From contig DAOMWT010000001.1 in the NCBI GenBank assembly GCA_035436705.1, forward strand, positions 1-57,927: a stretch of 57,927 nt of DNA, read 5' to 3'. Of this stretch, positions 34,172 through 44,546 are shown one piece after another (position 1 is the stretch's first letter; each line of letters begins with the position of its first letter). A program made the position numbers and the translations under genes. Source of the stretch: Thiobacillus sp. (GTDB taxonomy: Bacteria; Pseudomonadota; Gammaproteobacteria; Burkholderiales; Thiobacillaceae). The notes beneath the pieces are model-generated. The model saw nothing but the letters and a program-made list of their open reading frames with translations, had not been told where the DNA came from and did not search any database.

Positions 34172-36016
34172 TAGGGTCATCCGTTGACGCACGGAATGGG
34201 TTATCCCCGCCGCGTCGAGCCCGCAGCCAGCCAGCATCGCGGCCGGGTCGCCATGTTCGATGAAGGTGTCGGGCAGGCCCAGGTGCAGGACCGGCACGCT
34301 GAGGCCAAGTCCGGCCAGTACCTCGGCCACCCCGGCGCCGGCGCCGCCTGCCACCACATTTTCTTCCAGTGTCACCAGCAGGCGGTGGCTGTGCGCCAAT
34401 TCGCGCAGCAGGTCCAGGTCCAGCGGTTTCACGAAGCGCATGTCGGCCACGCTGGCGTCGAGTGCTTCGGCCGCCTGCAGTGCGGGTGCGACCAGGCTGC
34501 CGAAGGCGACGAGCGCGACGTCGCGGCCATGGCGGCGCAGCAGGCCCTTGCCGATCTCGACCGGCTCGAGGCCGGGTTCGATCGCGGCGCCGCCGCCGCT
34601 GCCGCGCGGATAGCGTACCGCCGAAGGGCCGTCGTGCAGAAAGGCGGTGGTCAACAGGCGGCGGCACTCGTTCTCGTCCGATGGCGCGGCGATCAGCAGG
34701 TTGGGAATGCAGCGCAGAAAGGAGAGGTCGAAACTGCCGGCGTGGGTGGGGCCGTCGGCACCGACCAGGCCGGCGCGGTCGATCGCCAGCATCACCGGCA
34801 GGTTCTGCAGCGCGACGTCATGGATCAGCTGGTCGTAGGCGCGCTGCAGGAAGGTCGAATAAATCGCCACCACCGGTTTCACCCCTTCACAGGCCAGCCC
34901 GGCGGCGAAAGTCAGCGCATGTTGTTCGGCGATGCCGACGTCGAAATAGCGTTTCGGAAATTGTTCGGAGAAGCGCACCAGCCCGGAGCCTTCGCGCATT
35001 GCCGGCGTGATGCCGACCAGCCGCGTGTCGGCGGCGGCCATGTCGCACAGCCAGTCGCCAAAAACCTGGGTGTAGGTGGGCTTGCCGCCAGGCTTTTCGG
35101 CGACGCCTGCGGCCGGATCGAAGCGCGCCACACCGTGATACAGGCAGGGGTTGGTTTCGGCGGGCTCATAGCCTTTGCCTTTGCGGGTGACCACATGCAG
35201 AAATTGCGGGCCGCTCAACTGCTTGATGTTGCCTAGCGTTTCCAGCAGCACGCCGAGGTCGTGGCCGTCGATCGGACCGATGTAGTTGAAGCCGAATTCC
35301 TCGAACAGGGTGCCGGGCGTCACCATGCCCTTCATGTGTTCCTCGGCGCGCTTGGCGAGTTCGCGAATCGGCGGCGCGACGGACAGGACTCTTTCACCGG
35401 CGCGGCGGGCCGCCGCGTAGAACTTGCCGGACATCATGCGCGCCAGGTAGTTGTTGAGTGCGCCGACGTTGGGCGAAATCGACATGTCGTTGTCGTTCAG
35501 CACCACCAGCAGGGGCAGGTCGGTGGCGCCGGCATTGTTGAGCGCCTCGAATGCCATGCCGGCGGTCATGGCGCCGTCGCCGATGATCGCCACCGCGCGC
35601 TGGCTGGAGCCAAGCTGACGAAACGCCTCGGCCATGCCGAGCGCCGCTGAAATCGAGGTGCTGGAGTGCCCGACGCCAAAGGCATCGAACTCGCTTTCGA
35701 CGCGGCGCGGAAACCCGGCGATGCCGCCCGGCCGGCGCAGGCCGGCCATCGCCGAGCGCCGGCCGGTCAGGATTTTGTGGACGTAGGTCTGGTGGCCGAC
35801 GTCCCAGACGATGCGGTCGCGCGGGGTGTCGAACACGTAATGCAGGGCGAGGGTCAGTTCAACGGTGCCGAGATTGGAGGCCAGGTGGCCGCCGGTGCGG
35901 GAAACCGACTGCACCAGGAATTCGCGCAGTTCGGCGGCGAGTTGCGGCAACTCGGCCGGTGCCAGGGCGCGCAGATCGGCGGGGGTGTGGAGGGTGTCGA
36001 GCAAGGGTGTGGCCAT
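34160..36016 (-). CDS. dxs: 1-deoxy-D-xylulose-5-phosphate synthase
   Basis: [51 protein letters not shown]. Confidence 0.97.
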   Translation of the reverse strand: MATPLLDTLHTPADLRALAPAELPQLAAELREFLVQSVSRTGGHLASNLGTVELTLALHYVFDTPRDRIVWDVGHQTYVHKILTGRRSAMAGLRRPGGIAGFPRRVESEFDAFGVGHSSTSISAALGMAEAFRQLGSSQRAVAIIGDGAMTAGMAFEALNNAGATDLPLLVVLNDNDMSISPNVGALNNYLARMMSGKFYAAARRAGERVLSVAPPIRELAKRAEEHMKGMVTPGTLFEEFGFNYIGPIDGHDLGVLLETLGNIKQLSGPQFLHVVTRKGKGYEPAETNPCLYHGVARFDPAAGVAEKPGGKPTYTQVFGDWLCDMAAADTRLVGITPAMREGSGLVRFSEQFPKRYFDVGIAEQHALTFAAGLACEGVKPVVAIYSTFLQRAYDQLIHDVALQNLPVMLAIDRAGLVGADGPTHAGSFDLSFLRCIPNLLIAAPSDENECRRLLTTAFLHDGPSAVRYPRGSGGGAAIEPGLEPVEIGKGLLRRHGRDVALVAFGSLVAPALQAAEALDASVADMRFVKPLDLDLLRELAHSHRLLVTLEENVVAGGAGAGVAEVLAGLGLSVPVLHLGLPDTFIEHGDPAAMLAGCGLDAAGITHSVRQRMTLLSE

Positions 36017-36017
36017 C

Positions 36018-36905
36018 TTAAAACGTCCGTTCGACCACAAAATCGGCCAGCTGGCGCAGCCGCTCGGCGCGCGCGCCAAGATGGGCCAGTGCGGCATGGG
36101 CGTCGGCGCGCAGTTCCAGCGCCAGTTCGCGCGCACGCGTTACGCCGAGCAGGCTGACGTAGGTCGGTTTGTTGTTGGCGGCGTCCTTGCCGGCGGTCTT
36201 GCCCAGCGTGGCGGTGGGGGTTTCGGCATCGAGCACGTCGTCCACCACCTGGAAGGCCAGGCCGATGCATTTGGCGTAATGATCGAGCGCCGTGGCAGTC
36301 GCGCCGGACAAGGTGCCGCACTGCGCGCCCAGCAGCACCGAGGCGCGGATCAATGCGCCGGTCTTGTGGATGTGCATGAATTCGAGTTCGGTCAGGTCGA
36401 GCGGCTTGCCCACGCTGGCCAGATCGATCGCCTGGCCGCCGGCCATGCCGCGCGAACCAGCCGCCTGCGCCAGCAGCTGCACCATCTTCAATTGGACGGC
36501 AACGTCGTCGGCCAGCGGCTGCGCAGCGAGGATGTCGAACGCCAGGCTCTGCAGCGCGTCGCCCACCAGCAGGGCGGTGGCTTCGTCGAATTCGACGTGC
36601 ACCGTCGGCTTGCCGCGCCGCAATGCGTCGTCGTCCATCGCCGGCATGTCGTCGTGCACCAGCGAGTAGGCATGGATCAGTTCCACTGCCGCAGCGGCGT
36701 GCTGTACGCGTTCGATATCGGCACCCGCGATCTCGCCGGCGGCAAATGCCAGCAGCGGCCGTACGCGCTTGCCGCCGCCCAGCACCGCATAGCGCATGGC
36801 CTCGTGCAGGCGCTGCGGGGCAATCTGCGGAGCGGGGAGCGATGCGGCCAGCACGCTTTCCATGCGCGCCTGGCATGCCTGTGTCCAGGCGGCAAAATCA
36901 GTCAT
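36018..36905 (-). CDS. ispA: farnesyl diphosphate synthase
   Basis: [37 protein letters not shown]; xseB-ispA-dxs order. Confidence 0.96.
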   Translation of the reverse strand: MTDFAAWTQACQARMESVLAASLPAPQIAPQRLHEAMRYAVLGGGKRVRPLLAFAAGEIAGADIERVQHAAAAVELIHAYSLVHDDMPAMDDDALRRGKPTVHVEFDEATALLVGDALQSLAFDILAAQPLADDVAVQLKMVQLLAQAAGSRGMAGGQAIDLASVGKPLDLTELEFMHIHKTGALIRASVLLGAQCGTLSGATATALDHYAKCIGLAFQVVDDVLDAETPTATLGKTAGKDAANNKPTYVSLLGVTRARELALELRADAHAALAHLGARAERLRQLADFVVERTF

Positions 36906-37140
36906 CGATGTCTTCGGTCTTGAAGGGCTGCAGGGCGCCGTTTTCCAGGATCTTCACCTGCTGCTCGGCATCGGCCAGTTGCTGGCGGCAATACTGCAGC
37001 AGTTCGGCGCCGCGCTTGTAGGCGGTCAGCGAGGCCTCCAGCGGCAGTTGGCCGGATTCCATCTCGCCCACGATGGCTTCCAGTTCGGCCAATGCCGACT
37101 CGTAATCTTTGGGGGGCGTGGCGGCGCGGGATTTGGCCAT
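36898..37140 (-). CDS. xseB: exodeoxyribonuclease VII small subunit
   Basis: YESALAELEAIV..MESGQLPLE..Y..G..L...C...L..AEQ. Confidence 0.95.
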   Translation of the reverse strand: MAKSRAATPPKDYESALAELEAIVGEMESGQLPLEASLTAYKRGAELLQYCRQQLADAEQQVKILENGALQPFKTEDIDD

Positions 37141-37399
37141 GAAATTTCGAACCCGGCGGAGAAAGGACGCTACTTTAACAAATTCGGCGCGCAGGCGCCT
37201 CCCCGGGATGCCTGCCTGTGCTAGAATTTCGCGCTTTCCCTGCGCCGTTAAGGCATTGTGTCCAGGCAGGGTTCATCCGTAAATCCGGTGGGCGTCGGGG
37301 CCAGGGCCACGATACGTTTTTAATGGTGGTCGTTTCGCGATCACGCTTGCCGCTTCCGGCACCGACCGGAAGGGAGCTTGGTTTTGAGTAGGGTACGCC

Positions 37400-38512
37400 A
37401 TGAGCGATCTCGCCGAATCCAGCGCCTTGTCGCTAATTTCACCTCAGTTGCCGGTTTCCTGGTACTTCGATCCGGCCGTCTACGCGCTGGAACTGAAACA
37501 TCTGTTCAAACAGGGCCCCGGTTATGCGGGCCATCGCTTGATGGTGCCCGAAGCGGGCGATTACCACGCGCTGGAGCTGTTCGACGGCGCGAAGATGCTG
37601 GTCAACGGTGGAGCCGGAGTCGAGCTGCTGTCGAACGTGTGCCGCCATCGCCAGGCGCTGATGCTGCAGGGGCGCGGCAAGCTGCCGTCCAGCAACATCG
37701 TCTGCCCGATCCACCGCTGGACCTACGACAACCAGGGCCGGCTGATGGGCGCGCCGGAGTTTCCCGGCAATCCCTGCCTCAACCTCGATCGCAGCGGCCT
37801 GCAGAACTGGCAGGGTCTGCTGTTCGCCGGCGCGCGCGATGTGGAGGCCGATCTGGCCGGCATGCAGGCGGCGCGCGAGCTCGATTTCTCCGGCTTCATG
37901 CTCGATCACGTCGACGTGACGCATTACGCCTGCAACTGGAAGACCTTCATCGAAGTGTATCTGGAGGATTACCACGTCGCGCCCTATCACCCGGGGCTCG
38001 GGCATTTCGTCACCTGCGACGATCTGAAATGGGAATACGGCGACTGGTGGTCGGTGCAGACGGTGGGGGTGAATCGCGGGCTGGCCAAGCCGGGTTCGCC
38101 GGTGTACCGGAAATGGCACGAGCAGGTGCTGGCCTACCAGCAGGGCAAGGCGCCCGCGCATGGCTCGATCTGGCTGACCTACTATCCGGGCCTGATGGTC
38201 GAGTGGTATCCGCACGTGCTGGTGGTGTCGTCGATCGTGCCGACCGGTGTCGAGTCGTGCAGCAACGTGGTCGAGTTCTATTATCCCGAGGACATCGTGC
38301 TGTTCGAGCGCGCCTTCATCGAAGCCGAACAGGCGGCGTATCGTGAAACCGCGGTGGAAGACGAGGATATCTGCGAGCGCATGCATCAGGGCCGGCGCGC
38401 GCTATACCGGCAGGGCATTTCGGAAACCGGGCCATACCAGTCGCCGCTGGAAGACGGCCTGATGCATTTCCATGCTTTCCTGCGGCGCGAGATCGAGCCC
38501 TACCTGAAATGA
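37400..38512 (+). CDS. Rieske non-heme iron oxygenase alpha subunit (possibly putrescine 2-hydroxylase)
   Basis: Rieske ligands CRH...CPIHRWTY; NWK..IEVYLEDYHVAPYHP; ED..ICE; substrate is inference. Confidence 0.88.
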   Translation: MSDLAESSALSLISPQLPVSWYFDPAVYALELKHLFKQGPGYAGHRLMVPEAGDYHALELFDGAKMLVNGGAGVELLSNVCRHRQALMLQGRGKLPSSNIVCPIHRWTYDNQGRLMGAPEFPGNPCLNLDRSGLQNWQGLLFAGARDVEADLAGMQAARELDFSGFMLDHVDVTHYACNWKTFIEVYLEDYHVAPYHPGLGHFVTCDDLKWEYGDWWSVQTVGVNRGLAKPGSPVYRKWHEQVLAYQQGKAPAHGSIWLTYYPGLMVEWYPHVLVVSSIVPTGVESCSNVVEFYYPEDIVLFERAFIEAEQAAYRETAVEDEDICERMHQGRRALYRQGISETGPYQSPLEDGLMHFHAFLRREIEPYLK

Positions 38513-38531
38513 GTTTCTCCACATTCCCCGG

Positions 38532-38559
38532 CGGGCGGCGCGCGCCGCCCGTTTTTTTT
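38532..38559 (+). terminator. intrinsic terminator after the Rieske gene
   Basis: cgggcggc-gcgc-gccgcccg followed by T8. Confidence 0.75.
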
Positions 38560-38584
38560 GCCCGCCTGCAATGAGCCGCTTTTG

Positions 38585-39451
38585 ATGAAATCAAGCTGGA
38601 TGCTGGTGGCGGCGGCCTTGTTCGCGCTGATGGGGGTGCTGGTCAAGCATGCCTCCGCGCAGTTCTCCAGCGCCGAGCTGGTGTTTTACCGCTCGGCGTT
38701 CGGGCTTCTCGCCATCTGGGGGGTGATCGCCGTCACCCATCGGCGGCTGCTGGCGCCGCTCGCCACGCGTCATCTGCGCACGCACTTCTGGCGCGGGCTG
38801 GCGGGATTCGCCGCACTGGTGCTGTTTTTTTATGCGATTGCACGGCTGCCGCTGGCCACCGCCGTCACGCTCAATTACACCGCGCCGCTGTTTCTGGCCG
38901 CATTGTCCGCCTGGTGGCTGCATGAGCGCCATGGGCGGGGTCTGGTGGCCGCGGTGCTGCTGGGATTTGTCGGCATCATGCTGCTACTGCGTCCGCAATT
39001 GCAGGACGAAGCCTGGCTTCCCGCGCTGGCCGGGCTGGTGTCGGGTATGCTGGCGGCGGTGGCCTACGTCAACGTCAAGCAGCTGGGCCGGCTCGGCGAA
39101 CCCGAATGGCGGGTGGTGTTTTACTTCACACTGCTGGCGACCGTGGGGGGCGGCGCGTGGATGGCAGTGGCCGGATTTCATCGCCCCCAGCCCGGCGACT
39201 GGCCATGGCTGATCGGCATCGGCGTGACCGCCACGCTGGCGCAGCTGGCGCTGACGCGCGCCTACCATCGCGGGCGCACGCTCACCGTGGGCGCGCTGGC
39301 CTACACCACGGTGGGATTTGCGGCAGTGTATGACGTGCTGCTGTTCGGCGAGCGGCTGCCATTACCGGCCTGGATCGGCATGGCGGTGGTGGCGCTGGCG
39401 GGCATCCTGGCGGTACGCGCATCCGCGCCCTCGCGCCCCGATTCACTATAG
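38585..39451 (+). CDS. DMT/EamA family transporter
   Basis: About 10 hydrophobic segments, ELVFYRS, LNYTAPLF, two-repeat EamA layout. Confidence 0.9.
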   Translation: MKSSWMLVAAALFALMGVLVKHASAQFSSAELVFYRSAFGLLAIWGVIAVTHRRLLAPLATRHLRTHFWRGLAGFAALVLFFYAIARLPLATAVTLNYTAPLFLAALSAWWLHERHGRGLVAAVLLGFVGIMLLLRPQLQDEAWLPALAGLVSGMLAAVAYVNVKQLGRLGEPEWRVVFYFTLLATVGGGAWMAVAGFHRPQPGDWPWLIGIGVTATLAQLALTRAYHRGRTLTVGALAYTTVGFAAVYDVLLFGERLPLPAWIGMAVVALAGILAVRASAPSRPDSL

Positions 39452-39478
39452 TTAGAGACACAATCACAGGAGACATCG

Positions 39479-39847
39479 ATGATCAGCCTTGACGTCAAAG
39501 ACAACCAGATTGCGGTTACCGTAATGGGGCAGTTCACGCTCGACGATACCCGCGAATTCGAGCAGGCGGTGTGCTACGGCATCCAGTTTCAGGGCACGGT
39601 CAATCTGCTGTTCGATCTGCGCGACATGCTGTCGTACAGTCTGGACGTGGCGTGGGAGGAGCTGAAGTTTTCCCGTGAGCACAAGAACGATTTCGACCGT
39701 ATCGCGATCCTGACCGGCGACCAGTGGGTGGCGTGGAGCATGTGGATCAACCGCCTGTTCATGGCGGCGGATATCCGTCTGTTCGACGATCTGGAAATGG
39801 CGCAGGCATGGGTGGCGGGGGGCGAGTTGCCGGCGGCGGCGGGCTGA
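39479..39847 (+). CDS. STAS/SEC14 (SpoIIAA-like) domain protein
   Basis: AWEELKF...FDRIAIL...W...IRLF...AQAWV pattern; AGGAG RBS. Confidence 0.85.
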   Translation: MISLDVKDNQIAVTVMGQFTLDDTREFEQAVCYGIQFQGTVNLLFDLRDMLSYSLDVAWEELKFSREHKNDFDRIAILTGDQWVAWSMWINRLFMAADIRLFDDLEMAQAWVAGGELPAAAG

Positions 39848-40589
39848 TCTGGCGCGGCGGGCGGAAGACGTCCTGGTTGGCGTAGTACGCGGCGTCGGCG
39901 TTGGCCGGGTCCCAGCCCGGGATTCCCTGGACCGGCAGCGGGGGCAACAGACGTGGGGAGTCGATGGCGCCGAGTTCCTGCGCAGCCCGGGCGTCCGCGG
40001 CGTCGAGGTCGGGTGAGTCTGCAACCAGCACCAGGCATTTCCCCGTCATGGCCGGATAGGGCGCAAGCGCCTTCTCCAGCAGCGCATGGCCGACCACCAC
40101 GAAGTGCATTTCTCCTTCCACGCGATCACGCGCCTGCCACAACAGGGTGTGCCAGGCGCGCCCGGCCAGCAGTTCGGACAAGGCCGGATCGCGGCTGATC
40201 ACCCATACTCCGGATTCATCCAGCATTGTCAGGGCGTCGCGGCGGCGCCCGCGCCTGGCATCGGTCTCGACTGCGATGGCATCGCCATGGGCAGCATTCA
40301 GCGCTCCCTTGAAGCGCGGGAAGCGCAACCACACCAGTGCGTTGAGCACGTCGTGCCAGGTGTCGGCGCGGGTCGGCACCTGGCCGGTGTGCAGAATATG
40401 GGTTTCGTAATCGCGCGCGGACAGGTGGTCGCCGGGAGCGCAGAAACGCAGCGGCAGCCCGCGTGCCTGCAGTGTGCCACGTGCGGCGGCCTGCGCGTTG
40501 AGCGCTTCGAGCGCAGGCAGGGAACGGGCGAGTTCCAGCGCATCGATCAGCGCCCGGTAGGGTGCGAAGGCGGGATGATCGAATTTCAA
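39759..40589 (-). CDS. DUF3025 family protein
   Basis: YE.HI..TGQVPTR..WHD.LNALVW..FP, RDALT..DESG, GHALLEK, PLPV.GIPGW; TTG start overlapping the upstream stop. Confidence 0.82.
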   Translation of the reverse strand: MKFDHPAFAPYRALIDALELARSLPALEALNAQAAARGTLQARGLPLRFCAPGDHLSARDYETHILHTGQVPTRADTWHDVLNALVWLRFPRFKGALNAAHGDAIAVETDARRGRRRDALTMLDESGVWVISRDPALSELLAGRAWHTLLWQARDRVEGEMHFVVVGHALLEKALAPYPAMTGKCLVLVADSPDLDAADARAAQELGAIDSPRLLPPLPVQGIPGWDPANADAAYYANQDVFRPPRQISPPPPATRPPPPMPAPFPDRRTDGYPPP

Positions 40590-41449
40590 TGCAGTGATTC
40601 GGACAGCGCCTGGCGGTATTGCCGCGTCAGCGGATGCGCGCCGCCCAGCAGGTCGAACAGGGCAAGCAGGCTGGTGCGGCCGATGTCGTTGCGGAAGCCG
40701 CGGTCGGCGCGCGCAATGGCCAGCAGATCCGCCATGGCGCCGGAAAAATCGTCGCCTGCCAGCCGTACCGCTGCGCGTTGATAGCGGGCAGCGAGGTCGT
40801 CGGCATCGTGAGTGAGACGTGCATCGAGATCGGCCAGCGGCATCGCCAGGCGTGCGGTTTCCGCCAGATTCAAATGCGCGTACAGCGGCGCAATGACAGC
40901 GTCGGCGCGTGCCTCGGGCGGCAGGCTGTCGAGCAGTTTCAACGCCTGTTCGCCTTCGCCCTCGGCCCATAACAGTTTGGCGAGGTCGCGCGGGATCGTC
41001 AGATTGGTGGGCTCCGCCATCGCCGCGTTGGCGAGCAGCATGCGCGCCTGCGGACGGTTGCCCGCCTGCCAGGCCGCCACGCCCAGCGCGTGGGCACGGT
41101 TGGCGTCGCCGGCGATGAAGCGGTCGAGCACTTCACGGAAGCTGCTGTCGGGGTCGGCGCCGTGGATCGTGTGGGCGACCTCGCCGCGCCAGAAAAACTT
41201 CACCGTCGGCACCGAGTTGACGCTGAAGCGCCGCGCCAGCTCCGGCAGCTCCTCGGCGTTCAGCATGACGAGCAGAAACTTGCCGCCGTATTCGGCGGCA
41301 AGCTTCACCAGGCGCGGCATCAAAATGAAGCAGGGCCCGGCCTTCGGGGTCCAGAAGTGCACCAGCACCGGACCCTTGTGCGAGTTTTCCAGCACCAGCC
41401 GGTTGAAGTTCTCGGCGCTGGCATCGAAGACGTAGGGTGACAGCGCCAT
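40586..41449 (-). CDS. thioredoxin-TPR co-chaperone (CnoX/YbbN-like)
   Basis: Trx fold PVLVHFWTPKAGPC with one Cys, VNSVPTV; C-terminal TPR ending YRQALSESL. Confidence 0.87.
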   Translation of the reverse strand: MALSPYVFDASAENFNRLVLENSHKGPVLVHFWTPKAGPCFILMPRLVKLAAEYGGKFLLVMLNAEELPELARRFSVNSVPTVKFFWRGEVAHTIHGADPDSSFREVLDRFIAGDANRAHALGVAAWQAGNRPQARMLLANAAMAEPTNLTIPRDLAKLLWAEGEGEQALKLLDSLPPEARADAVIAPLYAHLNLAETARLAMPLADLDARLTHDADDLAARYQRAAVRLAGDDFSGAMADLLAIARADRGFRNDIGRTSLLALFDLLGGAHPLTRQYRQALSESLH

Positions 41450-42411
41450 CAGTCGAAGGCTCCGGTCCGGGCAAAACGGTCGCATGCGGCGACGAGTTCG
41501 CGACAGATGCCCGGTTCGAAGGCCGAGTGGCCGGCATCCGCCACGATCACATAGCGGGCCTCGGGCCAGGCGTGTGCCAGTTCGTCGGCCGACACGATCG
41601 GGCAGACGGCGTCGTAGCGCCCTTGTACGATGACGGCGGGAATGGCGCGCAATCGCCCGACGTTGTCGAGCAGGCTGTTGTCGGGCAGGAAGATGTCATT
41701 CACGAAATAGTGCGCCTCGATCCTTGCAAGCGAAAGTGCGGTCTTGTCGCGGCCGAACGCGGCGACGAGTTCCGGGCTGGGCAGCAGGGTCGAGCAGGAC
41801 GCCTCGAAAGTGGCCCACTCATGGGCTGCCGGCTGGTGCACGGCCGGGTCCGGATCGATCAGGCGGCGGTGGTAGGCGCCGAGCAGATCGTGGCGCTCGC
41901 TATCGGGGATGAATTCCGCGAGCTTGTGCTGTGCTTCGGGGAAGAAGGTGCGGATGCCGTTGAGAAACCAGTCGATCTCGCTCTTGCGGCACAGGAATAT
42001 CCCGCGCAGCACCAGCCCGCGACAGCGTTGCGGATGGGCCTCGGCGTAGGCCAGCGCCAGGGTCGAACCCCACGATCCGCCGAATACCAGCCAGCTGTCG
42101 ATGCCGAGTTCGACGCGCAGCGCTTCCATGTCGGCGATCAGGTGCGGCGTGGTGTTGTCGGCGAGCTCGCCATGCGGGGTCGAGCGGCCGCTGCCGCGCT
42201 GGTCGAACAGGACGATGCGGTAGCGGGCCGGATCGAAGAAGCGCCGCTGGTTGGGCGAGGTGCCGGAGCCGGGGCCGCCGTGCACGAACAATACCGGGAT
42301 GCCGTCCGGGTTGCCGGACGTTTCCCAGTAGATGCGGTGGACGCCGGCGGTTTCCAGCATGCCGCTGGCGTAGGGGATGAGTGGCGGGTGGAGCGGGGAA
42401 AGGTCTGACAT
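41449..42411 (-). CDS. pip: proline iminopeptidase
   Basis: HGGPG, FDQRG.GRSTP, FGGSWGSTLAL, QGRYD, AGHS. Confidence 0.95.
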   Translation of the reverse strand: MSDLSPLHPPLIPYASGMLETAGVHRIYWETSGNPDGIPVLFVHGGPGSGTSPNQRRFFDPARYRIVLFDQRGSGRSTPHGELADNTTPHLIADMEALRVELGIDSWLVFGGSWGSTLALAYAEAHPQRCRGLVLRGIFLCRKSEIDWFLNGIRTFFPEAQHKLAEFIPDSERHDLLGAYHRRLIDPDPAVHQPAAHEWATFEASCSTLLPSPELVAAFGRDKTALSLARIEAHYFVNDIFLPDNSLLDNVGRLRAIPAVIVQGRYDAVCPIVSADELAHAWPEARYVIVADAGHSAFEPGICRELVAACDRFARTGAFD

Positions 42412-42655
42412 GGGGGAGGAGGCGAGTCGACAGCCTGCATCATATCGCGGGGCCCGCCGGGCATGAAGCTGCACGGGCGGCTTGCGTCCCGCCACATTGC
42501 CGGCGGCAGGCCGGTATCGACAGGCAGGGGCGGGGTACGTATGCTTCAAATGCGCTTGAAACGCGCGACGGGTGACCCGCTGATCCGGGCCGCTCGATCA
42601 ATAAAACAACGAATTCTGCTGTTGCCAACCATAACTGATACGAGGAGAGTTGTTC

Positions 42656-43045
42656 ATGAGTCATATTGTGAGAGTCGCCCTGCTGGGCCTGGGCGATGTC
42701 GGGGAAAAATTTGCGGAACATTTCCTGGCAAAAATCCAGGAAGAACGCGTCAACGTCGAAATTGTCGCTGTCGCGTCGCGCGACCTGGAGTCGCCGGTTG
42801 CGCTTGGATTCATGCACAGCAAGGTGCCGGTATTCAAGGACGCGATGGAAGTGGTGACGCTCGGCGCAAAGGTCGACGTCATTTTCGACCTGACCGGCGA
42901 CCCCGAATTACGCAAAAAGCTGCGAATCGCGCTGCAGGACGCGCACAACCAGCACACCGTGATTGCGCCCGAAGTGGTTGCGCATCTGTTGTGGAATTTC
43001 TTTGGCGAGGGCGAATTACCGCATAGCAGCAGAACCGGCTACTGA
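42656..43045 (+). CDS. small stand-alone Rossmann-like protein
   Basis: VRVALLGLGDVG glycine motif, VDVIFDLTG; AGGAG RBS. Confidence 0.78.
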   Translation: MSHIVRVALLGLGDVGEKFAEHFLAKIQEERVNVEIVAVASRDLESPVALGFMHSKVPVFKDAMEVVTLGAKVDVIFDLTGDPELRKKLRIALQDAHNQHTVIAPEVVAHLLWNFFGEGELPHSSRTGY

Positions 43046-43140
43046 TGCATCGCATTGCGCCCGTCCTGTCGTGGTGCGCGGCGCAATGCCATCATCCATG
43101 GCCGGCATGCCGGACTGACGGGATTCCTGATTGATATCTT

Positions 43141-44241
43141 ATGAATACTCCTTTCAAATTCGCCCATGCCGCTGATGCCGACTGGGTTCGCGCCGCGCAG
43201 ACCTGCATCGGCCAGCTAGGCGCGATTCCCTCCACGGCGACGCTGGGATTCCTGTATGTATCGGATGCCTTCGCCGGCGAGCTCGCCGCGATCCTGGCGT
43301 TTTTCAAAAGCGCGACCGGGGTGATGCACTGGACCGGCAGTGTGGGCGTGGGGATCTGCGCCACCGGTGTGGAATATCTGGAAGAGCCGGCGATAGCGGT
43401 GATGTTGGGTGAGTTTGCGCCGGCCGATTTCAGCATGCTGCCGGTAGTGCGCACGCTGCAGGACATCGCTGCGCAGCCGCCGGATGCGTATGTCGCGATG
43501 GTGCATGGCGACCCGGCGAACACGCAAGTTCAGGAACTGATCGAAGGCCTCTCCGCGCACGTGTCGGGCAGTTTTGTCGTCGGCGGGCTGTCGAGCTCGC
43601 GCGGCGAGACGGCACAGATCAGCGACGGCGTGGTGAGCGGCGGCCTGTCAGGCGTGCTATTCGGCGAACGGGTTAAGCTGGCGACGCGGCTGACGCAAGG
43701 CATTTCGCCGCTGGGGCCGCGCCACCGCATCACTGCCGCCAACAAGAACGTCGTCGGCGGCCTGGATAACCGACCGGCGCTGGACGTGATGAAGGAGGAG
43801 ATCGGCGAAGTCCTGGCGCACGATCTGCGGCGCGCGGCCGGCTATATTTTCGTCGGCCTGCCGGTACGTGGATCGGATACCGGCGATTATCTGGTGCGCA
43901 ATATTCTCGGCGTCGATCCGCAGAACCATCTGGTGGCGATCGGCGAGTATGTCGAGCCGGGGGATGAGCTGCTGTTCTGCCGCCGCGACCGCCAAACCGC
44001 CGAAGACGACCTGCTGCGGATGCTGCAAGCCATCGGGGCGCAGCTGGATTCGCCGATCCGGGGTGGCGTGTATTATTCCTGCCTGGGGCGCGGCCGGCAC
44101 ATGTTCGGCGCGCCGAATCGGGAAATGGAGCTGATTCGCGACGCCCTCGGTGATTTTCCGCTGGTGGGGTTCTTTGCCAACGGTGAAATTTCCCACAACC
44201 GATTGTATGGCTACACCGGAGTGTTAACTCTGTTTGGCTGA
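43141..44241 (+). CDS. FIST (NosP-like) signal transduction protein
   Basis: GGLSSS, LTQG..PLG, LDNRPAL, YLVRN, YYSCLGRG, LVGFFANGEI...LYGYTGVL. Confidence 0.9.
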   Translation: MNTPFKFAHAADADWVRAAQTCIGQLGAIPSTATLGFLYVSDAFAGELAAILAFFKSATGVMHWTGSVGVGICATGVEYLEEPAIAVMLGEFAPADFSMLPVVRTLQDIAAQPPDAYVAMVHGDPANTQVQELIEGLSAHVSGSFVVGGLSSSRGETAQISDGVVSGGLSGVLFGERVKLATRLTQGISPLGPRHRITAANKNVVGGLDNRPALDVMKEEIGEVLAHDLRRAAGYIFVGLPVRGSDTGDYLVRNILGVDPQNHLVAIGEYVEPGDELLFCRRDRQTAEDDLLRMLQAIGAQLDSPIRGGVYYSCLGRGRHMFGAPNREMELIRDALGDFPLVGFFANGEISHNRLYGYTGVLTLFG

Positions 44242-44267
44242 CCAAGGTAGTAAATACGGAGACAAGC

Positions 44268-44531
44268 ATGACCCTGCACGCCATGAAAGAAGACGAAATC
44301 CGCCTGTTGCGTGACGAAATCGAAATGCTGATGAACGAGCGCCGCCAGCTGTTGCAGGTGACGGGAGCGGCGGCTGTGTTCGTGGCCAATCTCGACACCG
44401 ACAGCCTGCCGGATGAAGCCGATACCATCGATGCCGCCGAAATGCTGGCGGAGCAGCTCAACGGACTGTCCGAGGAAACCCTCAAGGACGCGCTGGAGTC
44501 GGTGCGCGCCGAACTCGATCCCGTGCAATAG
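44268..44531 (+). CDS. acidic coiled-coil hypothetical protein (87 aa)
   Basis: GGAG RBS; tightly packed between FIST and GGDEF-EAL genes. Confidence 0.78.
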   Translation: MTLHAMKEDEIRLLRDEIEMLMNERRQLLQVTGAAAVFVANLDTDSLPDEADTIDAAEMLAEQLNGLSEETLKDALESVRAELDPVQ

Positions 44532-44546
44532 GCAGGCTTTCGCATC

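Noticed and set aside
41340-41370. Missing first Cys in the thioredoxin motif (WTPKAGPC)
   Set aside because: Single-Cys variants are known among CnoX/YbbN chaperones.
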